A stretch of DNA of 63,696 nt, the filler included, from Asterionella formosa (taxonomy: Eukaryota): assembly GCA_002256025.1 (NCBI GenBank). It is 16 parts of 16 records of this genome, joined end to end, with 100 filler letters (N's around TTAATTAATTAA, not from the genome) between each part and the next. Parts side by side here need not be neighbours in the genome. Positions count along the whole stretch, not along the records: positions 21,923 to 43,737 come from NKIB01002942.1; 15 more parts are not named here. One strand, given 5' to 3'. Under the pieces are notes generated by a model that worked only from the letters and a program-made list of their open reading frames with translations, was not told where the DNA came from and made no database searches. The position numbers and the translations under genes are program-made. Positions 24,901 to 38,000 of this stretch are shown here, piece by piece; within the stretch, counting starts at the first letter, position 1, and each line of letters begins with the position of its first letter.

Positions 24901-27628
24901 CTTTCCCATTGGGAGGTTTTAACCATAACAGGTTACCTGTGCGACGAAGTTGATGATCAGCCTCATAGCCTAGGCGTTTGAGAGCATGAATACTGAGGGA
25001 GCGCCGCCGATAGTGTGGCATTTCCACTGTGTTGGGAAGTGATACCTCCAGTTCAACAGTTCTATCTGATGAAATGAAACATGGATAAAGTGTGCCCATG
25101 TATCCAACTTCATCGGCGTCACCAAGTTTAGCAGTCTGGCATAGAACAGTGGAGCTCACAACATTGTGTAATTCGTTGCTCATGCAAGTGACATTCCCAT
25201 TTGCTCCAGTGTCCACATGCATCAAAGTTTCACCTTCGTGGAGGTTTGCAGCAAATTCCAGACCAGTGGTGGATGAGGAAGTGGAGGAGTGCGGTAGAGA
25301 GGAAGAGATATGTGAAAGAACTTCAGTGGGATCAGAGTTTATCAGAGCTAAGTCATCAACAACCTTGTGTGAATCACGAATATCAGCAACAAAAGCGACC
25401 ATGCCTGTGTGATAAACTGGGGAAGATGTGATAACCTGATCATTGTCAATATCATTAAGTCCAGGGGATCTAGGAGTGGGGACATCCCAGCTGTATTGGC
25501 TGATAAGAAAATGGTGCAATGTTATACATGTTCTCTCTCGATGTGATATGTATATCATCTATGACAGACTGAAGGTGTGTAGGCTCCGCATTTTTGTCCT
25601 CAGGCATGGTGGAAATAGCCTGAACTGTAAAGAGTTAAGTATTTGCTGGAGTGGTGTCTCATGGACCAGAGCGACCAAGAGAACCACGAGGAGGTCGAGC
25701 GGGGGTTGCATCAAACGGAGGGAGCCGAGCAATTTTAGCAGAATGTGCTTTGACAAGTAGTTCTTTTCGGTTGTCTGAGAGTCTATTGAGATGCCAACAA
25801 TCGGGCGTTTTATGGTTACTACCAAAACAAATACAACAACAGAGAGGGTCATGTTTGACACCACACCAAGGAAAGAGACATATTTGGTGAGGATTAGGAA
25901 CTCTCGCGCGATTAATGGCCGAAATCATGAGCGCATGAATGGGATTATGGTCATGAGTAGTGGTATCAGGGTGGCCTTGAAGAGCACATTCCAATGTGTG
26001 TGCAATGTCAATAGTAGAGACTGAAACCATATCAGCATGAACAGGTAGAGTGATCCCATGAGTGGAACGATGGGTGCAAGGAGTAGGTAAATGTTGGAGG
26101 AGTGATTTGAGTTTGTTGTATAGACTTTCCACTTGTAATTTCTTGGGAATATTGTTTGCCGGAAGGTGCTCTGAATACAGTCGGAGATCATTTGTTTTGA
26201 TAACCCGGAGTGCAAATAATTCTTCTTGAAGATAGTGAGCGTTGACTCCTAAACCATTTAAATAATGCAAGGGAATGTCCACTTTACGAAAAGTTGAATG
26301 TTCAGGGTAGAGATGCAAGAGAGCAAGCCATCGTGTATATTGCGTATTGTAACGAGTGAGGCCATCCATTGTGGTCTGATTTCCAGTAAGCGTGTATTGA
26401 GGCGCCTTTGCTGTATGATCAGGGAAACTAGGGGCTTGATTATCTCTCAGACCAGGGTGAAATAAGAGTAAAAAATCTTGAAGCACACCAAATCCATCTC
26501 CAGTTGGGCTATATTTCTCAAGTATGTCCTTAGCTTGATTACCCTGGTGAAGTGGAAGTATGTCGCCATGGTTGAGAGCAGAATAGAGAATGTTGCTAAA
26601 TCGACAATTTTCACCTTGAAAATACTGAGGAGTCGCTGTTATACCAAGTTTGGGACCAAATTTGATGTGCATTCCTTCAAGAAGCTCACCATCAATTGGA
26701 GAATCTTGGAGATCAGCATCATAGACCATGTCAATGACTTTTGGGAGCAAATCCATGTGAAATCCTGTGGAATTGAAGGCTGCGCAAAGTGTATTATACC
26801 ATGCAAAGAAGTGTGCGGAATCAAGTGTAACAAGTTTTGTGAATGTTTTACTAATTTGGGCATATTGACCACCATAGGACCAAGAAGAGTACTAGTGGTT
26901 GAACTTTGGAACCAGGCAACTTCAGGAGCATTAGAATTACAATGCAAGGAGCGGATGCGGATATTTCTGAGATAGTTCGTGAGTTCTTCTTCTGTAGCTG
27001 GAATGGGGCGGAATCTTGGGAAGAATGGATTATCTGCATTGTAGGCAGCAAGATGATCATTAAATGGAGGGTCAGCTTCACTGTTGGAATGAGACTGGTC
27101 AGATGAGGTGGATTCTGGTGGATCATCACCTGGATCAGGATCATTATCGTTGTATGACTGGTGATGCTGGTGTGACAAAGAAGGACGAAGTGTAGAGGAC
27201 TGAAGTGGTGGCTGCATACCTCGGCGGACATGGTAATTTTCCACAGGGTGCATAGAATAACGGCCGTCGTGTGTTATGGTATTTAAAATTAACCGCTCCT
27301 TTACGTAAGACTGTATGCAGGACTCAATGTTATTGAGTAGCTCCGCAGGTAACGTGGGAGTAGGGGAAGAGGGGAGAAGAACAGATGTACGAGTATCAAC
27401 AGTATTCCCGTCTGTAAGAGTATCATACTGTTGGCCACTATAAGTAGAGCGGGCGTCCAAAGGTATGTTTCGAGTCATAGAGACTCGACTGTGGGGGGCA
27501 GTATTGAATCGCTCTTCAAGAGACATACGGTGGTAGGAATTACGGCGTCGACCACGTGTCATGATGTGATCATGAAGCGGGTCAGATTGTATGCTGATCG
27601 TCATGGGGTAAGGTACGACTTTATGCAT
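21923..27628 (-). pseudogene. gag-pol polyprotein broken by stops/frameshifts (fragments 27628-26639, 26756-25659, 25558-23585, ~23300-21923)
   Basis: Consecutive domains lie in different frames; in-frame TAA at 23585-23587. Confidence 0.85.
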
Positions 27629-28060
27629 AGTAGGATTAGTAGGAGCCGCTGAGTGGACACGTGATGTTGCAGAAGGGGTTCCAAGTGTCTTGAGTAAAGA
27701 TGCCAGCTGGCAATCCGAACCACGGAAAAGATGTGGTTGGCTGGTAGGAGAAACGTCTGTGATATGTGGGTAAGTGCCATGAAGGCGTGTGGAACGTCAG
27801 GGGTGCTCAGGGAGTGCAGATGGTGGTGTTGTTGTTCATGTTGTACGAGCATGTTGGGTAGCACAGTCATGGTCGCTCATAGTTCGGGTGTATGTCAATT
27901 GTCGAGACGACATCCTGATAAGAAGAGTAAACCAAAAAAGATTGTGTAGAGACTATGATTCTTTGTGTAGAGTCTATGATTCGTCACTTCCACTTATCAA
28001 TGCTTCTGCAATGGTATCACCTGGTACTCGGAGTACAGCTGGTAATCAGTACCACGTCCC

Positions 28061-28268
28061 TGGTACGGAGTATATAACAGGTACTCTGATACTTCGGAGC
28101 TTCGGAGTACTTGAGGAAGTCTCGAGTACCAGTGCAGCTGTACGGCGGAATATGTCCCTGATAGCTGGTACGGAGTATGTAACAGGTACTCTGATACTTC
28201 GGAGCTTCGGAGTACCGGTACTTGAGGAAGTCTCGAGTATCTGTACAGCCGGTACAGCGGAATATGTA
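28061..28268. repeat. two-copy ~105-bp tandem repeat in the Copia 5' leader
   Basis: TGGTACGGAGTAT..AACAGGTACTCTGATACTTCGGAGCTTCGGAGTAC starts at 28061 and 28166. Confidence 0.9.
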
Positions 28269-29200
28269 CCGGGTACCTGGTACCTCGTACGCAGTGATAA
28301 TTAAGTAAGTAGTGTAGCCTATGCACTGTACGGAAGCTTGGTATGCTTACTGTACGTGGATGGTGTTGTGGATGGGACGATCAGCGATTCGGTTGTACAA
28401 TGAAGTAGATTGGACTACGTAGGTTTGTACGGTCGAAATTACTATGACGAAAACAGAAGTGATAACTTGCTCAATATATTTGTCCGCCCCGCCCTAATAT
28501 GTATCAATGAACGTGGATGGTCTATCCAGATACCAAGGATGCCAGTCACAGTGAAATGATTGATTTTCGTCACAATTTCGCTGTAGCAATAACAGTGACG
28601 AAACGAAAAACGAAAAAGCAAGTACGATGATTGTCCTTGGTGCTTCTGGTTCACAAGTGAACCGCACGACACCCAGTTAGATAAACCCCGTAGCCGGCAA
28701 CTATCGATGTACTGTAGATCAATAGTGCAACAAAGTAGTGCGTAGGTTTGCGATTACGAACGACGATCACCACGTAGTGTAATAATTCCGTAGCGGAAGA
28801 TCTGACTCAACGAGAACGAACTACCGGAGTAGTGTATTGTGGTAACTGGTAAACAGTACTTATGAAACACTCGTGCACAGATGATCGTTTACAGTAGAGT
28901 ATTTTCGTAGCCAAAATAGTGTGAAGATATGAAAACGATTCACGACGAAAAAAGAAAAACGCCGTTGACGATGTGTTGCAAATGAAAAGCAGGCAACCTT
29001 TGAATGCCAAATAGCACTCTTTTGATAAAGATTGCTCAATACACTTGTCTACTTCTGCTGTGTGTAGTATATAGATAGACAGATGTAGCAGCCAAATGAA
29101 TGATGCGAAAACAATCAAAAGCGAACGAGATTTTTCGATCGGCGCCAACAGTGAGATCGAATTAACAATCAACAATTTCGTTTCTTTCAAGGAAACAGCT

Positions 29201-29213
29201 TGGGCTCATAACC
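29201..29213 (-). promoter_or_regulatory. primer-binding site GGTTATGAGCCCA (tRNAiMet anticodon-arm, half-tRNA type)
   Basis: Directly follows the LTR-terminal CA on the minus strand; the plus strand reads TGGGCTCATAACC, matching the initiator-tRNA anticodon arm. Confidence 0.85.
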
Positions 29214-29453
29214 TGCAGTGAAATAGGGGACGAGAGAGATCGACGAGGTCGATGAACGAGGAGACGATAGAGGAGGGGAGTCCGATAACTAACCTGACAA
29301 GCTCAAAAGGAGATTGGAAGGTGTGTTTGTTAAAAGAGTGATTAGATAAAGTTGATATAGAAGAACGATGATTTAAATAAGATGCATAGGTACTGTCAGA
29401 CAAACAGACACATACATATACTGACACGTCATGTAAAGGGGTGATTCACAACA
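29214..29453 (-). repeat. 5' LTR of the Copia element (~240 bp)
   Basis: Minus strand TGTTGTGAA...TTCACTGCA (TG..CA, 7/9 inverted repeat), abutting the PBS. No second LTR is available to confirm the outer boundary. Confidence 0.7.
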
Positions 29454-29556
29454 TCGTTCAAAATTATTCTATAGAAATTCGCAGTTCCAGGGAATCTCGG
29501 CAACTGTAAGCAATATTTTTAATTTTGCCTAGGGGTTCAAATGCAGGAACCTTAAA
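29454..29556. repeat. dispersed repeat, inverted copy at ~51733-51835
   Basis: TTCAAAATTA..GTTCCAGGGAAT..GGCAAC..TAAGCAATATTTT..AGGGGTTCAAATGCAGGAACCTTAAA matches the reverse complement of 51733-51835. Confidence 0.8.
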
Positions 29557-29697
29557 GCTATCCAATAATCACAGTTGTGACCATATGAATGGCAACAATT
29601 ATGACTGGTTTTGTTCATCTGTATGGTACAATGGGTCCTGTCTGCTGAGCAGCCAGCCCCTTTGGAACCCTAGGGAGGATTACATGAAAAAGACAGG

Positions 29698-29760
29698 TGG
29701 ACAATGCAGGAATTAAACCCACCACCTCATGAGGTGTGCTAACCACTAAGCCATTCTTCC
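29698..29760 (-). mobile_element. degenerate tRNA-like sequence (SINE head or tRNA pseudogene)
   Basis: Minus strand GGAAGAA-TGGCTTAGTGG (A box)-TTAGC-ACACCTCATGAGGTGGT-GGGTTTAATTCCTG (B box)-CATTGTCCA; too short and mismatched for a functional tRNA. Confidence 0.5.
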
Positions 29761-30164
29761 CCAATATTTTGTTCCTCTTTCATGACAGATGCTTGTGCTG
29801 GTTTTCATGAGTCTGGCTGCTGGTTGCAAAATGATAGCTAATATTCAGGTACAAGTAAATATAATGAGAGTGATATTGTTACAAGCAAGGTTATCACAAA
29901 TATGCAACTGATTGACAACTAGAATAATAATTAGGTCATGAAGAGAATAGATTGCATGATGGTCATGGAACTACAAATGCTTTTTTCAGGGGGGAATTTC
30001 CCCCTTTGAACTGCTGCCTCCTAACTTGCATGTCTGCTATTACATTTGAAGTTGTTACTGGACCTTGCCTTTCTGCTGTTGTGACTGTGTGATGCTCATC
30101 ACTCATTACTGCTGATGGTTCGCTGTACATACGTCTTTTCTTTGCTTGTCATTGCAACTCAAGA

Positions 30165-30208
30165 TTTTGGCGCGACTCGTCTGGCCATCACCACACGGCG
30201 CGCCAAAA
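30165..30208. promoter_or_regulatory. paired E2F-type sites upstream of POLA1
   Basis: TTTTGGCGCG (30165-30174) and inverted GGCGCGCCAAAA (30197-30208), 150-195 nt before the ATG; consensus TTTSSCGS. Confidence 0.65.
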
Positions 30209-30358
30209 AAGTCTACTGTTGCTTTGTTAATAAATGCTTTGATTATCCTATAAATTTATATCCACACATGTATATAATCAAAAGGAATACAAGTATTTAA
30301 AACCTTAGCAAATCGACTCGATGTACAGATTTAGAAACGCAACACAACATAACACATC

Positions 30359-33300
30359 ATGTCGAGCAAACAAAAGAAAGGAGCGGCATTGCAGGCTTTG
30401 CGGGACGCACGATCTCGGAAAGATCAAGGGTTGTATGGAGGTATTGAAGAAGTGGAAATCAAAGAAGAAGAAGATGTATATGATGAAGTTGACGAAGACG
30501 ACTATCAAAAACTCGTCGAATCCCGACGACAGCGCGAAGATTTTGTGGTAGACGATGGTGCGTTCTTTTACTTTGTCCTTGTTGAAGACTCCTAGATGAT
30601 TCATACTCACACATCAGGGCGCAGATGGACTCGGTTACTACGATGATGGAGAAGAACGCCTTGGTGCCGAAGACGACATGGCTGCGCAGCAACAACGGAA
30701 CAAACGAGGAGGCACGGCTCTCACAGCAGCTGCTTTGAAAAAGGTCCGCAGAGCCAAGGCTCTTCGCACCAATGCTAATGATGACCCCACAACGACGAAT
30801 ACAATGTGGGACTTCGTGCAACGGGGAGCTGCAACGTCAGGTGGTAATAGTAGTCGAGCACGGGTACCTGTCGCCGACTTGGACTCATTGTTGGAAGAGT
30901 TGGATGCACCCGTACAATACAACCGGCAACCTCATCGTGGCCCCTCCCGAAGAACACGGAATATTCGCGCTCCTCCTCGTCGACCACCACCACCAACCTC
31001 TGTTGGTTATCATCACAATGACGATGTCGACGACTTCGGAGCGGGAGGAACGGATTGGGACGATGGTGATGCAAACCTGCTCACTCCTACGAATTCAAGT
31101 CCAGCAGCACCCGCAGGAATTCGATCGACGCCCGAAACACCAAAATCGGTTAGATTCGATGACACTCTCAATCAAGAAAAGACTATTGACAACAACGATT
31201 TGACAGATGATGCCATGACGGATGGTACTGCGGAGGAAGCAGCCAAACCGGCTCGCAAGAGATTTGGCCGTCCCAATTTACAGAAATTGTCAGCTCCAGC
31301 ACTCAAAGCCAAGGAAGAAGAAGCTGCGTCATGTTCGACCAAAACCAGTCTACCTGGAATCACAGCGCCTTGTCAAGTTGACACAACCAGCGCTTCCTTT
31401 CAACATAGTGACATTAACACAGAATCTCAACAACCTTCAGATGCTGCGGTGGCATCTCTTCAATCTGTCCTTCAAACAAAGGACGACAAGAGCTTTGTCG
31501 ACTTGTATTGGATGGATGCCTGCGAACAAAATGGGGATATTTTGCTCTTTGGCAAGGTGGCCACCACCACGACGACATTCGTTAGTGCTTGCGCAGTGAT
31601 CAAGGGGAATGTACGCAATTTGTTCGTACTGCCCAAACAAGTTGGGGCGAGCATGCTTGATTTACACAAGGAGCTAAAGGGCGTCCTGCAACCATCATGC
31701 ATTCCTCATGTGGCGGGGGCCAGTTGGGCCGGCAAGGTGGTAAAGCGACGCTATGCCTTTGATGACGCCGATGTTCCGAGGGAAGAGACGGAATATTTGA
31801 AGGTGGTGTACGATGCCAAGTACAGCGTACCTCCTGAAGATGTTTGCACTAATGGTGGAACACACTTCACCAAAATTTTGGGGGCCGGGGCATCGACTTT
31901 GGAGAATTTTATCATCAAACGCAAGTTGATGGGTCCTTGTTGGATTCGCCTCTATTCACCAAAGCCCCAAACTTCTCTCCTATCGTGGTGCAAACTGGAA
32001 CTCCAACTAGAGTCACCCAAGCAAATTTCCAGGTTGGACTTGGCGGAACCAGGTGCTCAACGACCACCTCCCCCAATCGTTGCTGTTTCCATGAAGATGA
32101 AGACTGTTGTAAATGCCAAGTCTCATAAGGCCGAGATTGTTTCTGTCTCTGCCATTTGTCACAAGCAAGTTTTGTTGGATACAGCGTCGGATGAATCGAT
32201 CCGCCATATGACGCAACTCTCTCTGATTCGTCCTCTGGGCACAACCACGAGCAACGGTATCCCCCAATTCCCACGCGATATTGATTCTGAGATTTCCCAA
32301 CACATGCCACAGCTTCAGAAGATGGCAAATGAACGTGCCTTGCTCAGCCGACTCATGGTTCAAATTGGGAACTGGGATCCAGATGTGATTGTCGGGCACA
32401 ACGCGTGGGGATTTGATATGGGAGTGTTGCTCTCGCGGTGCATCGAGCACAAGGTGTCCATGTGGAGCAAGATTGGCCGCCGGCGAGTCATGAAGTTACC
32501 GAAATCGCAGTTGTACATATCTGGCAAGGATTGGGCTATTTCCGACGCCGTGCAGGGACGTGTCCTTTGTGATACGTACTTAGCGGCAAAGGATTTGTTG
32601 CGTGAAACGACTTACTCTTTGACACATCTGGCAGCTACACAGCTCAAGACTATGCGAACGGATATTGAACAGGTGGATATCCCTCAGTGGTACGACCAAT
32701 CGAAGACGATTGTTCAACTGGCCGCTCATACCCTGAATGACGCTCAGTTGGTTCAGAGGTTGATGTTTAAGCTTCAGATTTTACCATTGACAAAGCAGTT
32801 GACCTGTGTCGCCGGTAACATTTGGTCTCACACTATGAAGGGAAATCGTGCCGAAAGAACAGAATACTTGTTGCTTCACGAATTTCACCAAATCAAGTAT
32901 CTAGCCCCAGAAAAGAAGCGACCCGGTCAAAAGAAGGAAAAGGGTGGTGGACGTGAAAAGGCCAAGTATGCTGGTGGTCTCGTGTTAGAGCCCAAGAAGG
33001 GCTATTACGATTCCTTTATTCTTCTGCTAGATTTCAATTCCTTGTATCCGTCCATTATCCAAGAATACAATTTATGTTTTACTACCATGAACTGGGCTGA
33101 TTATACTGGAGAGAACGATCCCATTCCTCCTGTTCCTGATGAATCATCGGATAGGGGCATTCTTCCTCGCGTAATTAAGAGTCTTGTTGAGCGCCGTAAA
33201 ACTGTGAAGAAACTTATGAAGAGCGAGATAAATGCCGAAAAGAAGGAAGAGGTAAATTGTTGAACTTATGAAGCCGTTGTTCTTATTTTCTTTCGTTTTT

Positions 33301-34991
33301 CTCACGTTTTTTGTTCTCCATTGTAGTTGGATATTCGTCAGAAGGCTCTCAAATTGACGGCTAACTCGATGTACGGATGTTTGGGTTTCACTCATTCTCG
33401 CTTCTATGCCCATCCAATTGCTGCTCTCATTACGTCCATGGGTCGTGAGACTCTGCAGCGCACAGTTGATATTGCCACCAACACTGTCGGTCTCGAAGTA
33501 ATTTATGGTGACACGGACAGTATCATGATCAATACGCGTATCACAGACCCGGTGGAATATTCCAAAGTTCTTGGCCTGGGTAACAAAGTAAAGTATGAGG
33601 TGAACCGACTCTACAAGACGCTTGAGCTTGAGATTGATGGTACCTTTCGATCTATGTTGCTATTGAAAAAGAAAAAATATGCTGCAGTAACTGCTGACCT
33701 AGGCAAAGATGGACAACTTGTTTTCAACAAAGAAATGAAGGGACTTGATTTGGTCCGTCGAGATTGGTGCATACAATCCAAGGATACTGGTCGCTATGTC
33801 CTTGATCAGATCCTTTCTGGAGAAGAGAGCGAAATTGTCATCAAGAAGATTCATGATCATCTCGAGGAACTAGCTATCAAGATGAGGAATGGTGAACTGC
33901 CTCTCGAGAAGTACATTATTACAAAAGGCCTCAACAAGCATCCCAATGACTACCCCGATGGCAAGTCACAGGCTCATGTACAAGTTGCAAAGATGATGCT
34001 GAAGAATGATCGTCCTGTCAACTCCGGGGATCACATCCCGTACGTCATTACTGCTGTTTTGGAAGATCAAGACGGCAAGGCCCCTTCCGCCGCAGAGCGA
34101 GCTCGCCACCCGGATGAGATTCGACGAAGTAATGGCATTTTGAAGCCAGATATTGAGTGGTACTTGACTCAACAAATCCTACCTCCTACAGCTCGTCTTT
34201 GCGACCCAATTGCCGGAACCTCGCAGACTATCATGGCTGAGAAGCTTGGCTTAGACTCAACCAAGTATAGCCAAATGATGAAGGCCTCTGGAGGCGAGAT
34301 CGACGATGAAGAATTAGTGGACTATATCCCCTCGTCGATGCTGGCCGACGAAGAGCGTTTCAAAGATGTTGAGCATCTTCACTTTATGTGCGCTGCCTGC
34401 GGAGTCAACGGTGAATTCCCTGGTGTATTTTGCCAATCCAAGGATCTTGGTGGCAAAGTGACACTGACTTCTGGTCTCCGTTGCACTAATCTTGGTTGTG
34501 TGAGACCAGAATTCTGGGGCCAAAATGGTCATGTAGAGATTCTGGCACGTGTGTCCAACGCCGTGTCTGCGTTAGTATATCGCCATATGCAGGCGTATTA
34601 CCAAGGAGTTGTCCGGTGCGATGACCCAACTTGCACGCAACCAGAAACGTGCCAACTGTCCGTTGCCGGAACTGTCTGCCTTCAGAAGGGGTGCAATGGA
34701 CGTGTTCACGCCAAGGTCACCGAACGTGCCATGCATAACCAGCTGAAGTACTTGGACTCTCTGTTTGACGTGAACCACGTGTGTGACCAGATTACCCAGA
34801 AGAAACATCCGACTCCAAAGAACGAGCTTATGAAATCAATATCCAAGAATGAGAGGGCAACTTTCGAGGAGCTTCATGAGACGGCCAACAAATACATGCG
34901 CGGTAGCGCTTTCAACTGGATCGAATCTTCACTTTGGAGCTCACTTTTTGGGGCTGAAGTGACTGAAACTGGGGCGTCAAAGAAGCAGTAG
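30359..34991 (+). CDS. POLA1: DNA polymerase alpha catalytic subunit; exons 30359-30557, 30625-33251, 33327-34991 (~1496 aa)
   Basis: N-terminal DFVVDDDGLGYYDDGEE, LLDFNSLYPSIIQEYNLCFTT, KLTANSMYGCLG, YGDTDS, LLKKKKYAA, KGLDLVRRDW, C-terminal Cys motifs; GT-AG introns keep frame. Confidence 0.97.
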
Positions 34992-35096
34992 TTTATATTT
35001 AATAAAGTTTGATCAACAGAAAGTGGCGCAAATAGTACAAACTAGATTTATGAGTAAACGTCCACTGAAAATTATTTGATATACAAGGCTGCAGAA

Positions 35097-38000
35097 TTAT
35101 ACTTCGTGGCTGACATCGCTCTTGTCTCCTCGTTGACGAAGGTTCTTCATCACATCCTTCATTTTCTTCATCTTCTCGACAGCTCTCGCTTTCAATTTAG
35201 CCTGTAACGGGCCTTGCTTGCGCTCGTCCAAAACACCTTGCAGGACAAAGGAGAGTTGCAAAGTCGGGTCTACGTATTCTTGAGATATCTGGGTCTGCTT
35301 GTCCTCAAATGCCATCAATTCCTCTATGTTCTTGTCAATCACCTCGTGAATGTACCCCTCGTTGGTCGGATTCACGAGTTTCCATAGCCCTGCTGAAAGA
35401 TAACGAGTAAAAGCAACGTTACGGACATGTCTTTGAATGACAGGAAGAAAGTCCTCAGGGGCTGCTTCGTCCAACTCTGTAGCAACAGCCAATAGGCCAA
35501 AGACGTTCTCCAAAACGTCAAATTCGTTCTCAATAATCCGAGCAAGGGGTGGAAATTTTTCCACGAGCCTTTCGAAGAAATCTCGCATGATTTTAATGTC
35601 ACCAGCCATTCTCCTTAGTGCTCGTTCATTGTTTTGAAAACAAGATGATCTCACCTGCACACCTCGTTTTGCTGCTTTCAGCATAAGGTGTCGAATGTAA
35701 AAATTTACGCAGCCTTTAACCATCGCATCAATTGACTTCCGAACCATGACATCATCCATCCATTGTGCAATATCTTGAAGAAAGTCTTCAATTGTTCGAA
35801 TGATAGTCATTGCCATTTCATTGTGCGTCTTGTCTTCCCACTCAAACTCAAACAGTTTTCCTGCCAATTCATTTTCAAGGGCTTCGAAAATAAAAACGTG
35901 GACAGATTGAGCAGAATAAACGGCATCGTTGCTGTACTGACGAATCAATTCTTCCGTGACTGCCTCGAGCATCAATATACTTTCATTTGACATGGCAGAT
36001 GACTTCTGAAACTTTACCAGTGTTTGTTCCGCGCGCTCACTCATTCTTAGGAGGTCGTTTGCTGCAGCGCAGCATGTTTCCAAGTCCACCAAAAATAAGT
36101 CCCGTGTTCGACGTTGCTTGAATTGCATCTGGTGAAAAATAATGGTGGTGGCATCAACCAGAACACATGAATCTTCTGGCAACATTTCGCCAATCGTCTC
36201 CACCTGAACGCTTGCTAAACCCCATACATCTTCCGGTAGCGATGTTATGAGTGTACCCCCGGAAATTTGGGCCTTTTGGTGGTCAGCCTTATAAACGTTC
36301 TCCAGCCATTCATGTGTCTGAAATTGAGTTCGAACCATCAATTGATCCTGTGCCAAACGATGGATATCCCAGAGCACGTGAAGTACAGAAACCAACCCCA
36401 CTTTGGTGGAATCATCGTTGATTTCCTTGCCTGTTAGTAATTCTGTGACACTCACAAATCTCGTCTTGACAATATGATCTCGAATCATGTCAGGAAATGC
36501 GGCTTCGGCCTTTTTTCGAAAATGCTCTATCCATGACAACAATTGCAACAGCTGTGTAACTGACATGGCTTCCAAGTTGTTACCTTCTTGACCTCCGATT
36601 TGCTGAAGAAAAAATTGGGAGCATACAGTGGCGACACAAATAATCCACAAATTTGTCACATGCCAGCAAGGGGGCACATTGGGCTCGACGTTGCTTTGAA
36701 AAAAATCAATCTGCTCCATCAGCGTTGTTGCTGCTTGATGAATAGCATTAAATTGAAGTTGTTCGACGTCTTGAGAATGAGCGTCGTTGGCAGCTTGTTC
36801 TTGTAGAGCTTGCACGACCAGATAACAACGGCTTTCAAATGACTCAACCAACACACCTAGCGCCAGCTGTCGGATGGGAGGCACATAGAGTCGAGATCTC
36901 TTTTTCGTTCCGGGAATGGGAACGAATCTCGAGCACTCCTCCGACGCTTTTTCGTACAGTTCCACCGATTCTACCAATGCCGAAATTTTATCTTGTCTCA
37001 GGAGGTGAATAATTTTTATGCTTTCCACCAATCGGTTTCGTAATCGTAAGCCTAAATCCCAAACAAGTTTGACTGGTTGCAACAAGAATTGGTCCACACC
37101 TCCATGATTGGGGTAGGACGGAATGTAGCAATGACTATGGAGCGTTTGTTGGTTGCACGTGGTAATTCCACAAATTACCGCTGCCTCCACCTCGTCCATG
37201 CGATCCTTGAGATCCTTCTCAATCTTAACCAACATAATTTGCAAATCATTGTGCTGCTGGCAGAGGTCTCGTAAGATCATCGGATCGTCGCTCAATTCTC
37301 GGTACAGTCGATCGCAAATCGTTGGAATTTCACAAAACGTCTCGACTTGGTCAAAAACATTTACAATGTGCTGTCTACTTGAAATCAACGCTTGAATCCG
37401 AGGAAAGCCTTCCAACCCTTGTAAGTCCATGGCTGCCTTGCTCTTGCTGACAGTCGACTCGTCGTCGCCATCCTGAAGTAATGGATGGTCGTCCAGTTGG
37501 GCGTTCACAAGTGAAAGCTCTCGTCGCATACGCTCTCTCAAAATGTCAATTTCCAAGTCCAGTCTTTCTAGCCCCTCCATGGGAAATCCATGAGCGCCAA
37601 CTTCAATCCCTTCTTGAGACATCACGGATTGAACCGAAAAACTATCGACACTTGATAAAGTGGCAATGGCATTTATATTTGTGATGTCATCGTACAGTCC
37701 ATGATCCAAAATCCAGTGATTCAGGATTTGTGCCGCTCGAAGTTCTGCTGTTTCTGGGTAATCATCAAACGAGAGGGTCTGGACGGCTTTCGATGTATCC
37801 TCTAACACAGGTAAGGTCGTCGTTAAAGCAGCTACGCCATTCCTTTGACGAAATAAAAGCTCCATCGGCACATCATCAACCTCTTCATTGTCAAATGTGT
37901 CCGCCGTTGTAAACTCATCGAACCAAGGTTCCGTATTTTCAGATGGATCTGACTTCTGATCAACACGGGTCCGTCTTCCCCAGCTTCTACTCCGTCCCTG

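Larger units (their letters stand above)
21923..29453 (-). mobile_element. Ty1/copia LTR retrotransposon, decayed, 3' end lost at contig break
   Basis: Order LTR-PBS-gag (Cys/His knuckle CICFGSNHKTPDC)-protease (HVDTGA)-integrase (HLRMGC..CPIC, HMDFG, RMDGE, SSQNGKAE)-RT (RLCVNG, LDISNAF, ATDDILV). Integrase before RT is the copia order. Confidence 0.93.

Noticed and set aside
29698..29760. Functional tRNA gene
   Set aside because: Only ~63 nt, mismatched acceptor stem, mutated B box and no proper 7-nt anticodon loop.
4058..34991. Apparent S-phase gene cluster (CPS, CXC factor, POLA1)
   Set aside because: POLA1 is on a different contig, so the adjacency is an artefact of concatenation.
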